A DNA stretch of 64,000 bases from an uncultured cyanobacterium (GCA_963749915.1 CAVVOP010000021.1:256001-320000); one strand, 5' to 3'; positions 10,344-22,855 are shown, counted from the first letter of the stretch. A program made the numbers and translations. The notes: generated from the letters alone by a model not told the origin.

Positions 10344-11171
10344 ATGAGTCAGGAAAATTTAATTCCCGTAGTTGTTAATGGCGCCGCCGGAAAAATGGGC
10401 AAAGAGGTTATCAAAGCCATCGCCTCGGTTGACGACATGATTTTGGTGGGTGCAGTGGACCAAAATTCGACATTGTTAGGGCAAGATGTGGGAGAAGTGG
10501 CGGGTTGTGGAGAGTTAGAAATTCCCATAGTCAACGATTTGCAAAGCGTTTTAGTGTTGGCGACTCAATATAAAATACAAGGGGTGATGGTGGATTTTAC
10601 CCATCCCGACAGCGTTTACGAAAATGTGAGAAGTGCGATCGCCTATGGAATACGTCCTGTCGTCGGAACAACTGGACTATCTCCCGAGCAAATCCGGGAC
10701 TTAGCCGACTTCGCCGAGAAAGCTACCACAGGAGTATTAATCATTCCTAACTTTTCCATCGGTATGGTCTTAATGCAACAAGCCGCCATCCAAGCTGCTC
10801 AATATTTTGATCATGTAGAGATAATTGAATTACATCATAACCAAAAAGCCGATGCACCCAGTGGTACAGCCATTAAAACCGCAGAGATGTTATCAGATTT
10901 AGGTAAAAGCTACAATCCCCAATTAATAAAAGAGACGGAAAATTTAGCTGGTGCTAGGGGTAGTATTTGCGGTGAGAATATTCGTATTCATAGTGTGCGT
11001 TTACCTGGTTTAATTGCCCATCAAGAAGTGATTTTTGGTTCCCAAGGAGAAATTTACACCTTACGTCATGACACCAGCGATCGATCCTGTTATATGAACG
11101 GAGTTTTATTCTCTATTCGCAAAATTACCGAACTTAAATCTCTGGTTTATGGCTTAGAAAAAATACTATAA
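10344..11171 (+). CDS. dapB: 4-hydroxy-tetrahydrodipicolinate reductase
   Basis: GAAGKMG and [18 protein letters not shown] at 10344 preferred over upstream TTG. Confidence 0.95.
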   Translation: MSQENLIPVVVNGAAGKMGKEVIKAIASVDDMILVGAVDQNSTLLGQDVGEVAGCGELEIPIVNDLQSVLVLATQYKIQGVMVDFTHPDSVYENVRSAIAYGIRPVVGTTGLSPEQIRDLADFAEKATTGVLIIPNFSIGMVLMQQAAIQAAQYFDHVEIIELHHNQKADAPSGTAIKTAEMLSDLGKSYNPQLIKETENLAGARGSICGENIRIHSVRLPGLIAHQEVIFGSQGEIYTLRHDTSDRSCYMNGVLFSIRKITELKSLVYGLEKIL

Positions 11172-11262
11172 AATAATAAGGATCTTCCAATTTGAGTATG
11201 ATAAATTGTTTATTATTTATCATAGAAGAATTTTATTCAATAATTATTTAACTAATAAGTTT

Positions 11263-12606
11263 ATGTTGGAACTATTACCCTTTTTTATTCCTATTAATCC
11301 TACCATTTTTTATAGTCAAAATACTATTCAAAATAGTGAAATAGTTACCCAAGAAAATTACATCCTACGCCCTTTGCCTGGAGAGTTGAACAAAATTCCC
11401 GTATTTAATAGTAATAGTCCAGAATTAGTATCAGGAGAAGGAATTTTACTTTCTACTTTCCCCAAGGAAAACAAAACCTACCCTGAAGCTCACTTAAACT
11501 TTGGCTTTCAAGGGAGATTTGACATTTTTGCCCACCATGTAGCCAAGCCACCGACTGAGGACGACAAAAGGACTTTATATTTAGGCATCATCGTACATAA
11601 TCCTACCGCCGAAACTGTAACCATTCAAACATTACAAGGAGCAAGTTATTTAAGTCAACCCGATGCACCTTTTATTAGCCTGCCCTCCCAAGTAGAAGGT
11701 AGTAATATTTATGCTGGTCCGGGTAGTAGAGTTATGGGAGATATTTTGCAAGGAAAACGTCAAGAAATCTTCCCCCCAGAAATTACCATCCAACCAGGAG
11801 AAAGTAAAATGTTACTAAATTTGCCCATTCCGGTGCAAACTTTGAATCCCCCCATCAATGGACGTTCCACTTATATGAGATTATATAGTAGTGGACAAGT
11901 CTATATAGCTAGTTTAGCCATGTATCAAGACGGAGAAGATAATCCCCCAAGTCTCCCTCAATGGCAACAACTTTTAGAAAATCGACCATTATCATCCCCC
12001 CGTGACTTAGCACCAACCCCTCCCGAAGCACAGGGGAAAAAAATTTATGGCAGAGTTTCAGGAGTTTCTGAAGGTAATCTGTGGAAAACCGACTTAACGG
12101 ATTCTCCTTCAACGCCAATTCTGACTATTCCTAACTCCGGGGAGGCTTTTTCCTATGGTTTAAGCACTTTAATTGGTGGTACATTGGGAACAAATCAAAT
12201 TCAAACTGCACCGATGATGGTAAGGTACCCTGATACTGCCTATAGTGCACACGGTAATTATGGGGTACAATACAGTTTAACTTTGCCCTTATTTAATGCC
12301 AGCAATGATAATAAAATCGTCAATATAGCCATTTCCACCCCAGTCAAACAAGACACCCCTGAAGTTAACTTTTTAAATCCCCTTCCGACACAAACATTTT
12401 TTCGGGGCCTGGTACAAGTCAAATATAATGATGACAATAATATTCCCCGTTTAAAATACTTTCATTTAGTGCAAAAAAGAGGAGAAAAGGGAGAAAATTT
12501 AGTTACTCTAACCATGCCTCCTGAATCGGAAAAATTAGTATTTGTTGATTTTCTTTATCCTCCTGATGCCACGCCTCCTCAAATTTTGACGGTGATGACA
12601 GAATAA
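11263..12606 (+). CDS. DUF3370-like cyanobacterial protein
   Basis: VFNSNSPE, GILLSTFP, AHGNYGV and DFLYPPDATPPQILT motifs; start uncertain (11206 or 11263). Confidence 0.7.
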   Translation: MLELLPFFIPINPTIFYSQNTIQNSEIVTQENYILRPLPGELNKIPVFNSNSPELVSGEGILLSTFPKENKTYPEAHLNFGFQGRFDIFAHHVAKPPTEDDKRTLYLGIIVHNPTAETVTIQTLQGASYLSQPDAPFISLPSQVEGSNIYAGPGSRVMGDILQGKRQEIFPPEITIQPGESKMLLNLPIPVQTLNPPINGRSTYMRLYSSGQVYIASLAMYQDGEDNPPSLPQWQQLLENRPLSSPRDLAPTPPEAQGKKIYGRVSGVSEGNLWKTDLTDSPSTPILTIPNSGEAFSYGLSTLIGGTLGTNQIQTAPMMVRYPDTAYSAHGNYGVQYSLTLPLFNASNDNKIVNIAISTPVKQDTPEVNFLNPLPTQTFFRGLVQVKYNDDNNIPRLKYFHLVQKRGEKGENLVTLTMPPESEKLVFVDFLYPPDATPPQILTVMTE

Positions 12607-12719
12607 TTGACAATTAACAATAATTTTATAGCACCATTGGACTTTTAACAAAAAAGCTAACTACCCAAGACTTTAACATTAAAGATCTGAGACAGTGACT
12701 TTAAGTAATTGCTCTGTGA

Positions 12720-14852
12720 TTACTCACAGAGTGCAAAAAAATTATAATGATTTAATCCATCAAGAATCCCCTCGGCAAATTGTTTTTCGGAGAAGTAGAT
12801 GGGTTCAATTTCTGCCATTTTGGAAAGTTCTTCCTGATGGCGATTAGCTACTACTACGGATAAGGTATTACCTAACATCATATCTTCATCACCTCCTGAA
12901 CCTCCTGCCGTCAGTATTCGGTTTAAAGGAATATCCCATTGTTGAGCAAACCACCTTAAGGCATAGCCTTTTGAAGCTCTCACGGGTACAATATCTAAAA
13001 ATTGACCAAAGGAGAAAATCACATTTACTGTGTGTTCATTTTGGTACAAAATTCTTTTAATTTCTTCTACAGTGGGTGCCACATTGGGATCATAAAAATA
13101 GCTGATTTTATAAATGCTTTGTTCTGTTTTTGGTTGTAAGGTAATGCCGGGTAATTCTGTCAACAAAGATGCCAGTTTTCGTGGATTCCATAAATAATTA
13201 ATATGATTTGTCCAAGCATCATCCCTGGTAAGTTCCGGGGCATAATAAATTTCTGTTCCCATGCTAGTGATTAAGACATCGGGTTGAGGTATATTGTGTT
13301 TGCGCAATATTTTTAAGGCGGAATCCAACCTTCTTCCTGTGGCGATACAGAAACTAATATTTTTGCGTTTTTCGTTGATGATATTCATCAATTCTTTTAG
13401 AGATTCTTGATCTCCGAGTAAGTTTTGATCAATACTGGTAACGATGGCCCCATTGTTATACATCATCGCCCGACGTTGAACTGCAACTCTTTGTAGGGGT
13501 TCAGTCTTATCAATTATGGGTTGCAACATTTTTACATAAGTATCAACATGAGATTTCCATGTATAGTACTGTTTAACTTTTTTGATGCCATTATGAGCTA
13601 AAGTTTGCCAATTTTTGTGGTCGGAAAGAACTTTTAAGATATGATCAGCAATGTCTTGAGGATCAAGAGGATCGATGAGATAACCATTTTGGCAGTTTTT
13701 AATGATATCAACAGGCCCTCCATCTTTAGTAGCAACAATAGGTAAACCACTAGCCGCCGCCTCAATCAAAGTCAGTCCAAAAGGTTCGGTTAAAGCTGGA
13801 TTCACTAAAACTCCCCCAGATAATGCCGCTAAACGATAAATGGGGCCGATGTCTTCCGAGGCGATGGTTTTGGGATAGGCTACTTTACCGTAAAGATCAT
13901 AGCGATCGATTGTCAATAATAAATCTGTGAAAATTTCTTGAATACCAGGGTTTAAATCTTTGACATCATGTCTTGTGCCAGCAAAAATAACCAAATTAGC
14001 CTTGTGTTGTAGCTTTTCGCATTGTCCAAAGGATTCTATTAATATCTGAATATTTTTTCTTTGATCTAAACGGGAAAGGGCCAAAATAATTGGCTTCTGA
14101 GGATGTTTTAAAAACCGAGCTATAGTCTTAAATATATTACTTTCCCATTCATCACCTTCGGGGGGATAAAATTCCTCTACATCAGTACCAGGAGGAATAA
14201 CCCGCATTTGTTGAGGTTCATAATAATCATACTGAGCATACTGTTCATTAATTTCCTGATGGGTACTAGTAATCACCCTTTCCGCCGAACTGAGGGTTTC
14301 TTCTTCCGCATTGATACGACGAGTCATATTATAACGTTTTTCAATAACGTCTCTTGTAATACCACTGGCTAAAAGTCTTTTTCTTTTGCTACGGCCCAAA
14401 GAATGTCCTGTATGAATCAAAGGAATACCGAGTTGGTGAGATAATCGAACACCAACATATCCTGAATCGGCATAATGGCTATGAATCACATCAGGCATTT
14501 TCTCCTGATTTTTAAGATAGTCGATGGCATTATCTGCAAAGTTATCTAAATAATCCCATAATTCTTCCTTGGGTATATAGTCATCTAAATTACAGGAAAT
14601 ACGAATAATATTGGCTTTTTTATTTAAAACTTCTACGGGTTGACTATAATCAGAACTAACTCGAGGGTCAATTAATAGTCTGGTCATTAAATCAACTCTT
14701 TTAATATCAGAATGTTTCGATAATGCTTCCGCTAACTCTAAGACGTATTTGGTTTGACCTCCAGTATCCGCATCTTTTCCTAATTCTAAATCTTTTCCCC
14801 TAATTAGGCCATGAACACTGATTAGTAATATGTATTTTTGGTTATTTTTCAT
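12720..14852 (-). CDS. spsA: Sucrose-phosphate synthase (GT4 plus C-terminal SPP-like domain)
   Basis: SVHGLIRG, DADTGGQTKYV, EPFGLTLIEAAA; GGAG lies upstream of ATG 14852. Confidence 0.92.
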   Translation of the reverse strand: MKNNQKYILLISVHGLIRGKDLELGKDADTGGQTKYVLELAEALSKHSDIKRVDLMTRLLIDPRVSSDYSQPVEVLNKKANIIRISCNLDDYIPKEELWDYLDNFADNAIDYLKNQEKMPDVIHSHYADSGYVGVRLSHQLGIPLIHTGHSLGRSKRKRLLASGITRDVIEKRYNMTRRINAEEETLSSAERVITSTHQEINEQYAQYDYYEPQQMRVIPPGTDVEEFYPPEGDEWESNIFKTIARFLKHPQKPIILALSRLDQRKNIQILIESFGQCEKLQHKANLVIFAGTRHDVKDLNPGIQEIFTDLLLTIDRYDLYGKVAYPKTIASEDIGPIYRLAALSGGVLVNPALTEPFGLTLIEAAASGLPIVATKDGGPVDIIKNCQNGYLIDPLDPQDIADHILKVLSDHKNWQTLAHNGIKKVKQYYTWKSHVDTYVKMLQPIIDKTEPLQRVAVQRRAMMYNNGAIVTSIDQNLLGDQESLKELMNIINEKRKNISFCIATGRRLDSALKILRKHNIPQPDVLITSMGTEIYYAPELTRDDAWTNHINYLWNPRKLASLLTELPGITLQPKTEQSIYKISYFYDPNVAPTVEEIKRILYQNEHTVNVIFSFGQFLDIVPVRASKGYALRWFAQQWDIPLNRILTAGGSGGDEDMMLGNTLSVVVANRHQEELSKMAEIEPIYFSEKQFAEGILDGLNHYNFFALCE

Positions 14853-15133
14853 TATCTCCACCACAATACTGTGTTTTACTTGATTATACCCCGTGTTGGT
14901 TGGTTGTCAGATAATAACAATAGAACCCAATACTGTTCGGTTAAAAAAATAAAATTGTAGGTTAGATTTTGGATTGAGTGTTAATTATGTCAATCCAACT
15001 CTAGATCAAGGTTTTTCCCAATTCTGAATTCTGAATACTGAACTTGGTTACAATATACTTAGATAATTATAGTAAAGTGTAAAAAGCTCCATTGAGGGCG
15101 TATAACGAGGAAAAACTGGAGAAAAAAGTAATA

Positions 15134-17413
15134 ATGGGTAGAGTCGTTGGTATAGATTTAGGCACAACTAACTCAGTGGTAGCAGTTATGGAAGGGGGAA
15201 AGCCTCTGGTTATCCCCAATTCTGAAGGCAGTCGCACCACCCCCTCAGTGGTAGGTTTTAACAAAGATGGTGAATTGGTTATCGGGCAAATGGCACGGCG
15301 ACAAGGGGTATTAAATCCTCAAAATACTTACTATGGTATTAAGCGTTTCATGGGGCGTAAATATTCGGAGTTAAACGAAGAATCAAAGCTTGTGCCTTAT
15401 ACTATTCGTAGGGATGAAGTCAATAATATTAAAATTCGTTGTCCTCGTCTCAAAAAAGAGTTTGCCCCGGAAGAAGTTTCAGCGATGATTTTACGCAAAT
15501 TAGCCGAAGAAGCTGAGAGATATTTGGGGGAAGAAGTTACGGGGGCTGTAATTACTGTACCCGCATATTTCAACGATGCTCAACGTCAAGCTACCAAAGA
15601 CGCCGGAAAAATTGCTGGTTTGGAAGTGTTAAGAATTGTAAATGAGCCCACCGCTGCCTCTTTGGCTTATGGGTTGGAAAAAAAACGCAGTGAGAAAATT
15701 CTCGTTTTTGACTTGGGAGGAGGAACTTTTGACGTTTCTATCCTTGAGGTGGGTGACGGTGTTTTAGAAGTTAGGGCTACCAGTGGTGATACCCAGTTGG
15801 GGGGCAACGATTTTGATAAGCGCATCGTCGATTATCTTGCCGAGGAATTTTTAGAAGCTGAAGGAGTGGATTTAAGACGCGATCGCCAATCCCTACAAAG
15901 GTTAACAGAAGCGGCGGAAAAAGCCAAAATTGAGCTATCCGGGGTGAGTAATACGGAGATCAACTTACCCTTTATCACTGCTACGGAGGAAGGACCAAAA
16001 CATATCGAAACAAGTCTCAGTCGTGCCAAATTTGAAGAATTATGTGGTGACTTAGTGTCTCGTTTACGGCGTCCCATTCAAAGAGCTTTAAAAGACGCAG
16101 GTTTAAGCCCCGTACAAATAGATGAGGTTGTATTAGTGGGAGGTTCAACTCGTATTCCTTTAGTCCAAGAGTTGGTTCGTAGTTTTATCGATATTGAGCC
16201 CAATCAGAATGTTAACCCTGATGAGGTTGTGGCCGTGGGGGCAGCTATTCAAGCAGGGATTTTAGGAGGGGAAGTAAGAGATATTTTACTCTTGGATGTG
16301 ACCCCTCTATCCATCGGTGTGGAAACCATCGGTGGTGTAACCAAAAAACTTTTGCCCCGGAATACTACAATTCCTGTAAGGCGATCGGATGTTTTCTCTA
16401 CCTCAGAAAATAATCAAACTTCCGTCGAGATTCATGTAGTGCAAGGGGAACGGGAAATGGCTGAGGATAATAAATCTTTAGGGCGTTTCAAATTAACGGG
16501 TATTCCCCCTGCACCAAGAGGTGTACCCCAAATACAAGTGTCTTTTGATATTGACGCTAACGGTATTTTACAGGTAATCGCCAGAGATAAAACTACAGGG
16601 AGAGAGCAAAGGATTATCGTTCAAGGTACTTCTACCTTATCACAATCAGAAGTCGATCGCATGATGACAGAAGCACAGGAATTTGCTAGGGAAGATAGAG
16701 AAAGACGAGATCGAGTGGAAAAACGTAATGGAGCTAAGGCTTTGACGGATCAAGCTCAACGCCGTTTAAGGGAAGTAACTCTCGATTTTGGCAGTCAATT
16801 TACTAACCCCTACCGCCGTGATATTGAGAATCTTTGTAGTGAGATTCTTGACAGTTTAGAAAAAGATGACGATCGCCGTTTAGATCGTAATCAAGCAGAC
16901 TTACAAGATGTTCTCTATGAATTAAATCGAGAAGTAAGACTGCAATATGATGATCAGGAAGAAGGGTTTTTCGAGTCCATCAAACGCACTTTTATTGGTG
17001 ATGACGAAGAAGACTATAACCCCAGAGATCGAGGTACTGTATATCGTAATCCTGATACAACTCCCTACGGTGCAAGGGTTTATCCCGGTCGAGATTATCG
17101 AGATTCCTATGAAAACCCCAACGATTATGGTTATGGCGGTAGTGGTTTATCTTCTCCCCGTCGTCCTTCACGAGTACCTCAAACAGATTCATATCCTCCT
17201 CAGCCATCTAGTCGCCGTTATGAAGATTATCCCGAAGAAGGCGATCCCACAGCACCACTTCGTGGACCCCGAAGCGACTCGCCGGAGGCACGGCCTCGTC
17301 GACCTCTCCGAGATCGCACTACGGCTTCCCGTAACAATCAGAGTTATAGTGTAGGCAAAAAACGGGATATTCCTTATGAAAACGGTTGGGAAGACGATGA
17401 CGACTGGTTTTAA
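15134..17413 (+). CDS. dnaK: Molecular chaperone DnaK with long C-terminal extension (DnaK3-like)
   Basis: [17 protein letters not shown] and VGGSTRIP motifs; low-complexity tail ending GWEDDDDWF. Confidence 0.95.
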   Translation: MGRVVGIDLGTTNSVVAVMEGGKPLVIPNSEGSRTTPSVVGFNKDGELVIGQMARRQGVLNPQNTYYGIKRFMGRKYSELNEESKLVPYTIRRDEVNNIKIRCPRLKKEFAPEEVSAMILRKLAEEAERYLGEEVTGAVITVPAYFNDAQRQATKDAGKIAGLEVLRIVNEPTAASLAYGLEKKRSEKILVFDLGGGTFDVSILEVGDGVLEVRATSGDTQLGGNDFDKRIVDYLAEEFLEAEGVDLRRDRQSLQRLTEAAEKAKIELSGVSNTEINLPFITATEEGPKHIETSLSRAKFEELCGDLVSRLRRPIQRALKDAGLSPVQIDEVVLVGGSTRIPLVQELVRSFIDIEPNQNVNPDEVVAVGAAIQAGILGGEVRDILLLDVTPLSIGVETIGGVTKKLLPRNTTIPVRRSDVFSTSENNQTSVEIHVVQGEREMAEDNKSLGRFKLTGIPPAPRGVPQIQVSFDIDANGILQVIARDKTTGREQRIIVQGTSTLSQSEVDRMMTEAQEFAREDRERRDRVEKRNGAKALTDQAQRRLREVTLDFGSQFTNPYRRDIENLCSEILDSLEKDDDRRLDRNQADLQDVLYELNREVRLQYDDQEEGFFESIKRTFIGDDEEDYNPRDRGTVYRNPDTTPYGARVYPGRDYRDSYENPNDYGYGGSGLSSPRRPSRVPQTDSYPPQPSSRRYEDYPEEGDPTAPLRGPRSDSPEARPRRPLRDRTTASRNNQSYSVGKKRDIPYENGWEDDDDWF

Positions 17414-17460
17414 CTGCCCTTGTGCCTCCCCTGAAGGGCCGTTAATTCTTCATGTCTTTA

Positions 17461-17490
17461 TTCTAAATTCTAAATTCTAAATTCTAAATT
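17461..17490. repeat. Heptamer tandem repeat (TTCTAAA)4
   Basis: Read directly from the sequence. Confidence 0.95.
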
Positions 17491-17534
17491 ACCCTCATCA
17501 AATCGTTTTCGGGCAAATCCCTCCCAGTATTGAT

Positions 17535-18689
17535 ATGCCTTCTTTATCTGAATATCTATCCAAATCTTTAAACACCATAAAACGGGCTAATTGGTACCGT
17601 CAAGAAAAAGCCATTACAGGGTTATCTGGTGCGGTGATTGAATTGGACGGGCAAAAACTAGTTAATTTCGCCAGTAATGATTATCTGGGATTAGCTGCCG
17701 ATGAACTTTTAATCAATGCCGCTACCAAGGCTATACAAGAATATGGTACAGGTAGTACAGGGTCGAGATTACTTAGTGGACATCGCCCATTACACGAACA
17801 TTTGGAAACAGCCATCGCATCTTGGAAGGGGACAGAAAAAGCCTTAGTATTTAGTTCGGGATATAGTGCCAATATGGGTACAATTGCCGCCTTAGTCAAT
17901 CAAAAAGATTTAATTTTAGGAGATGAATATAATCATTCTAGTTTGAAAAACGGAGTAAAATTGAGCCAAAGTCAAACAATTGCCTATAAACACAATGATT
18001 GCCCCGATTTAGTCGCAAAATTAAGGGAAAATCGCTCTCAATATCGTCATTGTCTCATTCTCACCGATAGTGTTTTTAGTATGGATGGTGACTTATGCCC
18101 CTTACCGGAATTGATGGCCATCGCCAATAAATATGATTGTTGGTTAGTGATAGACGAAGCCCACGCTACAGGGGTTATGGGTGAAACGGGGGCGGGATGT
18201 TTACAGCATTTTGGCATAAAAGGAGAGAATATCATCCAAATTGGCACATTAAGCAAGGCGATCGGCAGTTTAGGGGGTTATGTGGCAGGAAGCCAACTTT
18301 TGATCGATTTTTTGCGAAATCGTTGCCCTACGTGGATTTATACCACAGCTTTATCTCCTGGGGATACGGCGGCGGCATTGATGGCCATTGAGATTATCCA
18401 ATCTGAACCAGAAAGGCGATGGCAATTATGGCAGAATATGGCATTGCTAAAACAAGAGCTTACTTCATTAAACAAGAGCTTTTTGCCATCAGAATCAGCT
18501 ATTTTGTGTTTAAAGTCAGAATCTACCCAAGAAGCCCTAAGATTAAGCCTCAAACTCCGGGAGAACGGATTTTTTGCCCCGGCTATCCGTCCCCCCACCG
18601 TGCCCACAAGCAGGATTCGTTTTTCTGTCATGGCAACTCATCAACCAGAACATTTCCGCCAATTAGGGAAGGTGATGGCAACTTTGTAG
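17535..18689 (+). CDS. bioF: 8-amino-7-oxononanoate synthase
   Basis: [34 protein letters not shown]. Confidence 0.95.
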   Translation: MPSLSEYLSKSLNTIKRANWYRQEKAITGLSGAVIELDGQKLVNFASNDYLGLAADELLINAATKAIQEYGTGSTGSRLLSGHRPLHEHLETAIASWKGTEKALVFSSGYSANMGTIAALVNQKDLILGDEYNHSSLKNGVKLSQSQTIAYKHNDCPDLVAKLRENRSQYRHCLILTDSVFSMDGDLCPLPELMAIANKYDCWLVIDEAHATGVMGETGAGCLQHFGIKGENIIQIGTLSKAIGSLGGYVAGSQLLIDFLRNRCPTWIYTTALSPGDTAAALMAIEIIQSEPERRWQLWQNMALLKQELTSLNKSFLPSESAILCLKSESTQEALRLSLKLRENGFFAPAIRPPTVPTSRIRFSVMATHQPEHFRQLGKVMATL

Positions 18690-18734
18690 TTTAACCTTTT
18701 TTTTGGCTTGTTACTTTGCCCTCACAGTAACTTT

Positions 18735-21278
18735 TTACTGATCAAAATTACGGATAAAAGAATTTTGTTTGAGACTGACAAACTGTGGTGTTAAAGGTGG
18801 TAAATTTTTGGCAATATTGAAGTCCGAATCATAATCCCAATCTCGCTTAGGGGGGTTATAATAAATACCACCAGTACCAGGCCATTTACCGCTAACATAA
18901 AGGGGAGTTGAAATACTGACAAATGAACCCCGATAGAGCCAAGTTTTACCACTCCAGTTTTCCGAGAAACGAGGATAATTTTCTAAACCGCCATTATAAT
19001 CTGATCCTTTGGTAACATCAACTCCTGCTAATACAGCAGCATTAAACCCTGTATCAGTAGCGGCTTTAGTAGATCCATCGATGCGACATCCCATTTCTTT
19101 CTCGTGATTAATGGCACTATCTTGATTTAGACAAGCATTAGACAGAGGGTTAAAGGAGTCCGCAAGAAAAGCCGCTGGTTGTTTATTAACGGTGTTATAG
19201 TCTCCCTGAACATAAATAGCCTGATCCGATGCGATGGTTAACCCTGTAGGATCTGGATAAGTAGTTGTTTTTGCTAAACCGAATAATTGTTTTCCGCCAA
19301 TCACAGCAAAACCGTAAGGACTTTTATTAGTTTTAGCTTTGGTAAAAATATTACCGTCAATGGTGCCATGGAGAACCATTCCTGCCTGGGAGTTATCGAC
19401 GGCGGCTAAACCCAAACGCTGAAAAGAATCTGCTGGGGCATTATTATCCACCGGGGCGGGAGTATAAAGCAATCCGGCAGTAGAGTCGAGAGTATTACCA
19501 CCGTTTAAAGACACCCCATCTCGATTCCAGATAGCAAAACTACTAAGATTCATCTGTAATAATCGCAGATCCTGATTTTCCCTGGTGTTGAAAAAACGGA
19601 AGGGAGATAAGTGATTGTCATCATCTCGACCTACTTCTGTGATCGGTGCAGGAACAAAACAACGGGCAGTATTTGATATAGCACTGTTACTACCATTATA
19701 CTCTGGCAACCCAGCTATTTGTTGTGCACTCATGTTATCAAGATTACTTACTGCTGTGTCAACGTCAGATCCACTAGCAAATGTCTGTCCTAACTTATCA
19801 ACACTTTTTAAACTGGATGTATTTTGAGCGAAACTACCGTATAAATTAGGGGCTTGTCCTTTCACATCCTTAATGGGTAATGCCATAAAGGAAAAACGAA
19901 GAGGTGCCTTTTGAGATTGTATTTGCTCTTGGATATACCCTTGTGCCACTTCTCTAAAGTTATTTTTTTTAGCACTGGTTAAACCGTTCCACCAAGTTTG
20001 TAAACTACCTGATAAAGTGGCAGGGGTGCAAACCTTAAAATTAGCCGAAGCAATATTAGCCAAATCAGCCTTAGCCATTACAGGCTGTCTTAAACTGTCC
20101 AATTGATTACTATTGAGGGTTACGGGAACGGGAGGATCAACGGGGGAACCATCAGCATTAGTCCGTTTAATTGCCGTTACTTCAAAGGGCACTGTTTTTA
20201 AATAGTTCATATTACCCCCTGTAGAAGTGGATTCAGGTTTAAATTTAATCCTAATATCCGCTTTGGTGTAATAATCTCCTTTGTCATTTAAAATACTGGG
20301 TTCGGGAATAGATATTGGTGCATCCGTTCTTACTTGTACCTGAGTTCCCCATGCGGTTTTAATGCGAGTGGGATCCATGAAATTTGTAGTAGGACTCGTA
20401 CTACCAGTACCTTTAGAAAGTAATTTTAAAAAATTACCCGAAGCATTAGCAATTTGCACTTTTCCATCGGCAAAAGTGTCCCCATTCGCTGGTTTGAAGT
20501 TAAAAATGTCTTTTACTGTGGTGACTTGACTATTCAATTTTAAACTAGTATTGGCTCCTAAGTATAAGTTCCCGTTGGTGTGAACTGGTCCGGTCAGAAT
20601 CATATCCGCCCCCGGAAATATCTCTAAATCTTCCGTATAAAAAGCGGCAAACTGAAACATAGGAATTAATCGGCTAACAACGTCCATTTGTAAAATAGCG
20701 ACTGCTTGTTTCCCTTTTTTACTGGCGGAAATATTGTCTTTAAAAGCCATACTATAAATAGAATGACCATATTCCAACATAGTTAAACCCTGAAAAGCAT
20801 CTCCGTCGGGAACAACTCCAGAAGTACCGATACCATTATTTTTGGCGACAACGTAAGTAGTTGCCTGGGTATTGCTTCTGTTGGGATCCCCCGGGGCTAG
20901 TTCAAATTTATCACACTTAAAATCCAGGGTACCGTCGTTACTATTGTCAGAATCAAAACAGGCCGTGGGAGAACTGGGGCTTTTACCTTTAGGTTGTTCA
21001 TAATCGAGATATGCTTCTCTTATTTTATTGGCCCGAAGATTTAATCCTGCTTCTGCGGCATAAAATCCGCTATTACTGTCAATGGTGGAGGTTGTGCTTT
21101 GTTGTTCTATACGACTTGTTTTGGCATAGAGTGCCGCAAGTGCAGATAAGGCGATCACAATGGTGATGGCTATAAGTAATACAAAGCCAGTTTCTGAGTC
21201 AGTGGTATGATCCTTTTGACGTTTAATTAAGCCAGAAAGAAGTAATTTTTTGAGGAAGAAAGAAGGAGTAGTTTTCAT
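18735..21278 (-). CDS. Large PilX-like minor pilin with extended C-terminal domain
   Basis: Class III signal G|FVLLI lacking Glu5, FYAAEAGL motif, C-terminal GGLENYPRFSENW...YNPPKRDWDYD. Confidence 0.75.
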   Translation of the reverse strand: MKTTPSFFLKKLLLSGLIKRQKDHTTDSETGFVLLIAITIVIALSALAALYAKTSRIEQQSTTSTIDSNSGFYAAEAGLNLRANKIREAYLDYEQPKGKSPSSPTACFDSDNSNDGTLDFKCDKFELAPGDPNRSNTQATTYVVAKNNGIGTSGVVPDGDAFQGLTMLEYGHSIYSMAFKDNISASKKGKQAVAILQMDVVSRLIPMFQFAAFYTEDLEIFPGADMILTGPVHTNGNLYLGANTSLKLNSQVTTVKDIFNFKPANGDTFADGKVQIANASGNFLKLLSKGTGSTSPTTNFMDPTRIKTAWGTQVQVRTDAPISIPEPSILNDKGDYYTKADIRIKFKPESTSTGGNMNYLKTVPFEVTAIKRTNADGSPVDPPVPVTLNSNQLDSLRQPVMAKADLANIASANFKVCTPATLSGSLQTWWNGLTSAKKNNFREVAQGYIQEQIQSQKAPLRFSFMALPIKDVKGQAPNLYGSFAQNTSSLKSVDKLGQTFASGSDVDTAVSNLDNMSAQQIAGLPEYNGSNSAISNTARCFVPAPITEVGRDDDNHLSPFRFFNTRENQDLRLLQMNLSSFAIWNRDGVSLNGGNTLDSTAGLLYTPAPVDNNAPADSFQRLGLAAVDNSQAGMVLHGTIDGNIFTKAKTNKSPYGFAVIGGKQLFGLAKTTTYPDPTGLTIASDQAIYVQGDYNTVNKQPAAFLADSFNPLSNACLNQDSAINHEKEMGCRIDGSTKAATDTGFNAAVLAGVDVTKGSDYNGGLENYPRFSENWSGKTWLYRGSFVSISTPLYVSGKWPGTGGIYYNPPKRDWDYDSDFNIAKNLPPLTPQFVSLKQNSFIRNFDQ

Positions 21279-21315
21279 GATACTTTTTATCTAAAATTAA
21301 GGGTGAATTGAAAAA

Positions 21316-22404
21316 TTAAAAACTGAGGCTGTTACGAGGGAAGAATCGTTGAGATAACTCAAGATCTTCTTCTTGTAAATTACCGACAGTATTTGAGTTA
21401 CTATCTTCTCCGGGCGATAACTTTGCTGTTATATCAATAAATTTAATTTGTGCCCAAGAATAATTAGTAGTGGGATTCGGAAAAGTAGGGGTACAGTTTG
21501 CCGTGGGGGGAATCACCTTACACTCATATTCAGTACCGTTCTTTTCTTCGCTTAAAATAGCTTTTACTTCTAGTTTTTTGACATTTTCTACCAAGTCCGA
21601 AGTTTCACTATCATTAACCACTAACTGTAATTTATTATCTTTAACTCGATAGCGTCTTTCTTCCATTAAATAGATGACGCTGCCCACAGGATAGTCATTT
21701 TGCCAAGTATGACCACCATTACTTTGGAGGGTGAGAGTATAAGCCGGATTCGTATCGGAGGGAGTAATAGTATTACCATCACTGTCTTTAGTTTCTTCGC
21801 CGCTATAGTCAAAAAACTCTCCCTTGCCGGTATCACTGTCGTAAATATAAGCTCGGATGTCACCGCCTTTGTTATTTCTTCGATCTTGCCATTTTTTAAC
21901 ACCATCGGGCCAACCATCAACAGGCTGACTATCATGAAGGCTAACTTTACAGGCACTTTCTGCACTTCCTTCATCCATCACCATGACAGGATCTGAGTTT
22001 CCTGCTGTTATATCTTCACAGGTATATAAAGATAAGGGCAATAATGTTTTTCGCAGGACAATTTCGGAGGTTTTTATTGTAGTACTGGGGATATTTTCTT
22101 CAGTGATTAGAAGCACAGGAAATTTAGGATCGGAAACTAGTCCTTCTCCCGTTTGTTGAATATCCGGACCCATAGTGGCAAAAACCGTTCTTAATCTTTG
22201 ATTGACGTCAAGTTTAACCTTATCACGGGCAAAAATTTCCCGTATGCTGAAAAAACCACCGAAGGCACTAGCGAGAATGATACTACTCATGACAATACTT
22301 GCGATGACTTCCGGGAAAGTAAAACCTGAGTTCCTTTGATTCGGCTTACCTTGACGACTATTGTAAGTTAGTGAAAATGCTTTGAACAGTATAAAGTTTT
22401 TCAT
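21316..22404 (-). CDS. PilW-like prepilin-domain protein
   Basis: G|FTFPE followed by a hydrophobic helix. Confidence 0.75.
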   Translation of the reverse strand: MKNFILFKAFSLTYNSRQGKPNQRNSGFTFPEVIASIVMSSIILASAFGGFFSIREIFARDKVKLDVNQRLRTVFATMGPDIQQTGEGLVSDPKFPVLLITEENIPSTTIKTSEIVLRKTLLPLSLYTCEDITAGNSDPVMVMDEGSAESACKVSLHDSQPVDGWPDGVKKWQDRRNNKGGDIRAYIYDSDTGKGEFFDYSGEETKDSDGNTITPSDTNPAYTLTLQSNGGHTWQNDYPVGSVIYLMEERRYRVKDNKLQLVVNDSETSDLVENVKKLEVKAILSEEKNGTEYECKVIPPTANCTPTFPNPTTNYSWAQIKFIDITAKLSPGEDSNSNTVGNLQEEDLELSQRFFPRNSLSF

Positions 22405-22855
22405 TGTTTCTTTTTTGATCTAATATTTGGACAACTATATATCTAATGTTGGATTCTGTTCCATTGGGACAGGATGTAACGGTATTTTGGGTATCGATGA
22501 TTGGTTCATCTTTACAAACATAAAGATCGGCATTATAGGTATAACCTGAACTATTTCGATCGATAATTTCTGTTTTACCCGCGGCGATAGCATCCAAGTT
22601 TTCTCTTAATTTGTATCTCGCGTCATCTAAAATTTCTTTTGAAACAGATACAGCACCTGTTTGTAATTCTTGTTTTAAATTCGCTATTTTCACAAGAACC
22701 ACAAATTGCAAGTTAAGAGCAAAAGCGATAGATAAAACTAAAATTGCCGCCAAACTTTCTAAAAAAGAAAATCCTCCTTCCGGACCACCTATGTCGGTCA
22801 AAAGATAATGTTTAAGTTTCGAGTAAAGATTATATTTGTTCATAAAATTTGCCAT
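22358..22855 (-). CDS. PilV-like prepilin-domain protein
   Basis: G|FSFLE followed by a hydrophobic helix; C-terminal Cys pair; start uncertain (up to 22888). Confidence 0.72.
   Translation of the reverse strand: MANFMNKYNLYSKLKHYLLTDIGGPEGGFSFLESLAAILVLSIAFALNLQFVVLVKIANLKQELQTGAVSVSKEILDDARYKLRENLDAIAAGKTEIIDRNSSGYTYNADLYVCKDEPIIDTQNTVTSCPNGTESNIRYIVVQILDQKRNNEKLYTVQSIFTNLQ

Noticed and set aside
12720..13450. Bifunctional SPS-SPP activity
   Set aside because: HAD motif I reads SIDQN and lacks the first Asp, so phosphatase activity cannot be supported; this state is common in cyanobacterial SPS
16947..17354. Overlapping 135-aa ORF in the dnaK tail
   Set aside because: Alternative frame of a low-complexity, GC-richer region with no recognisable motif; long tails are known in cyanobacterial DnaK3
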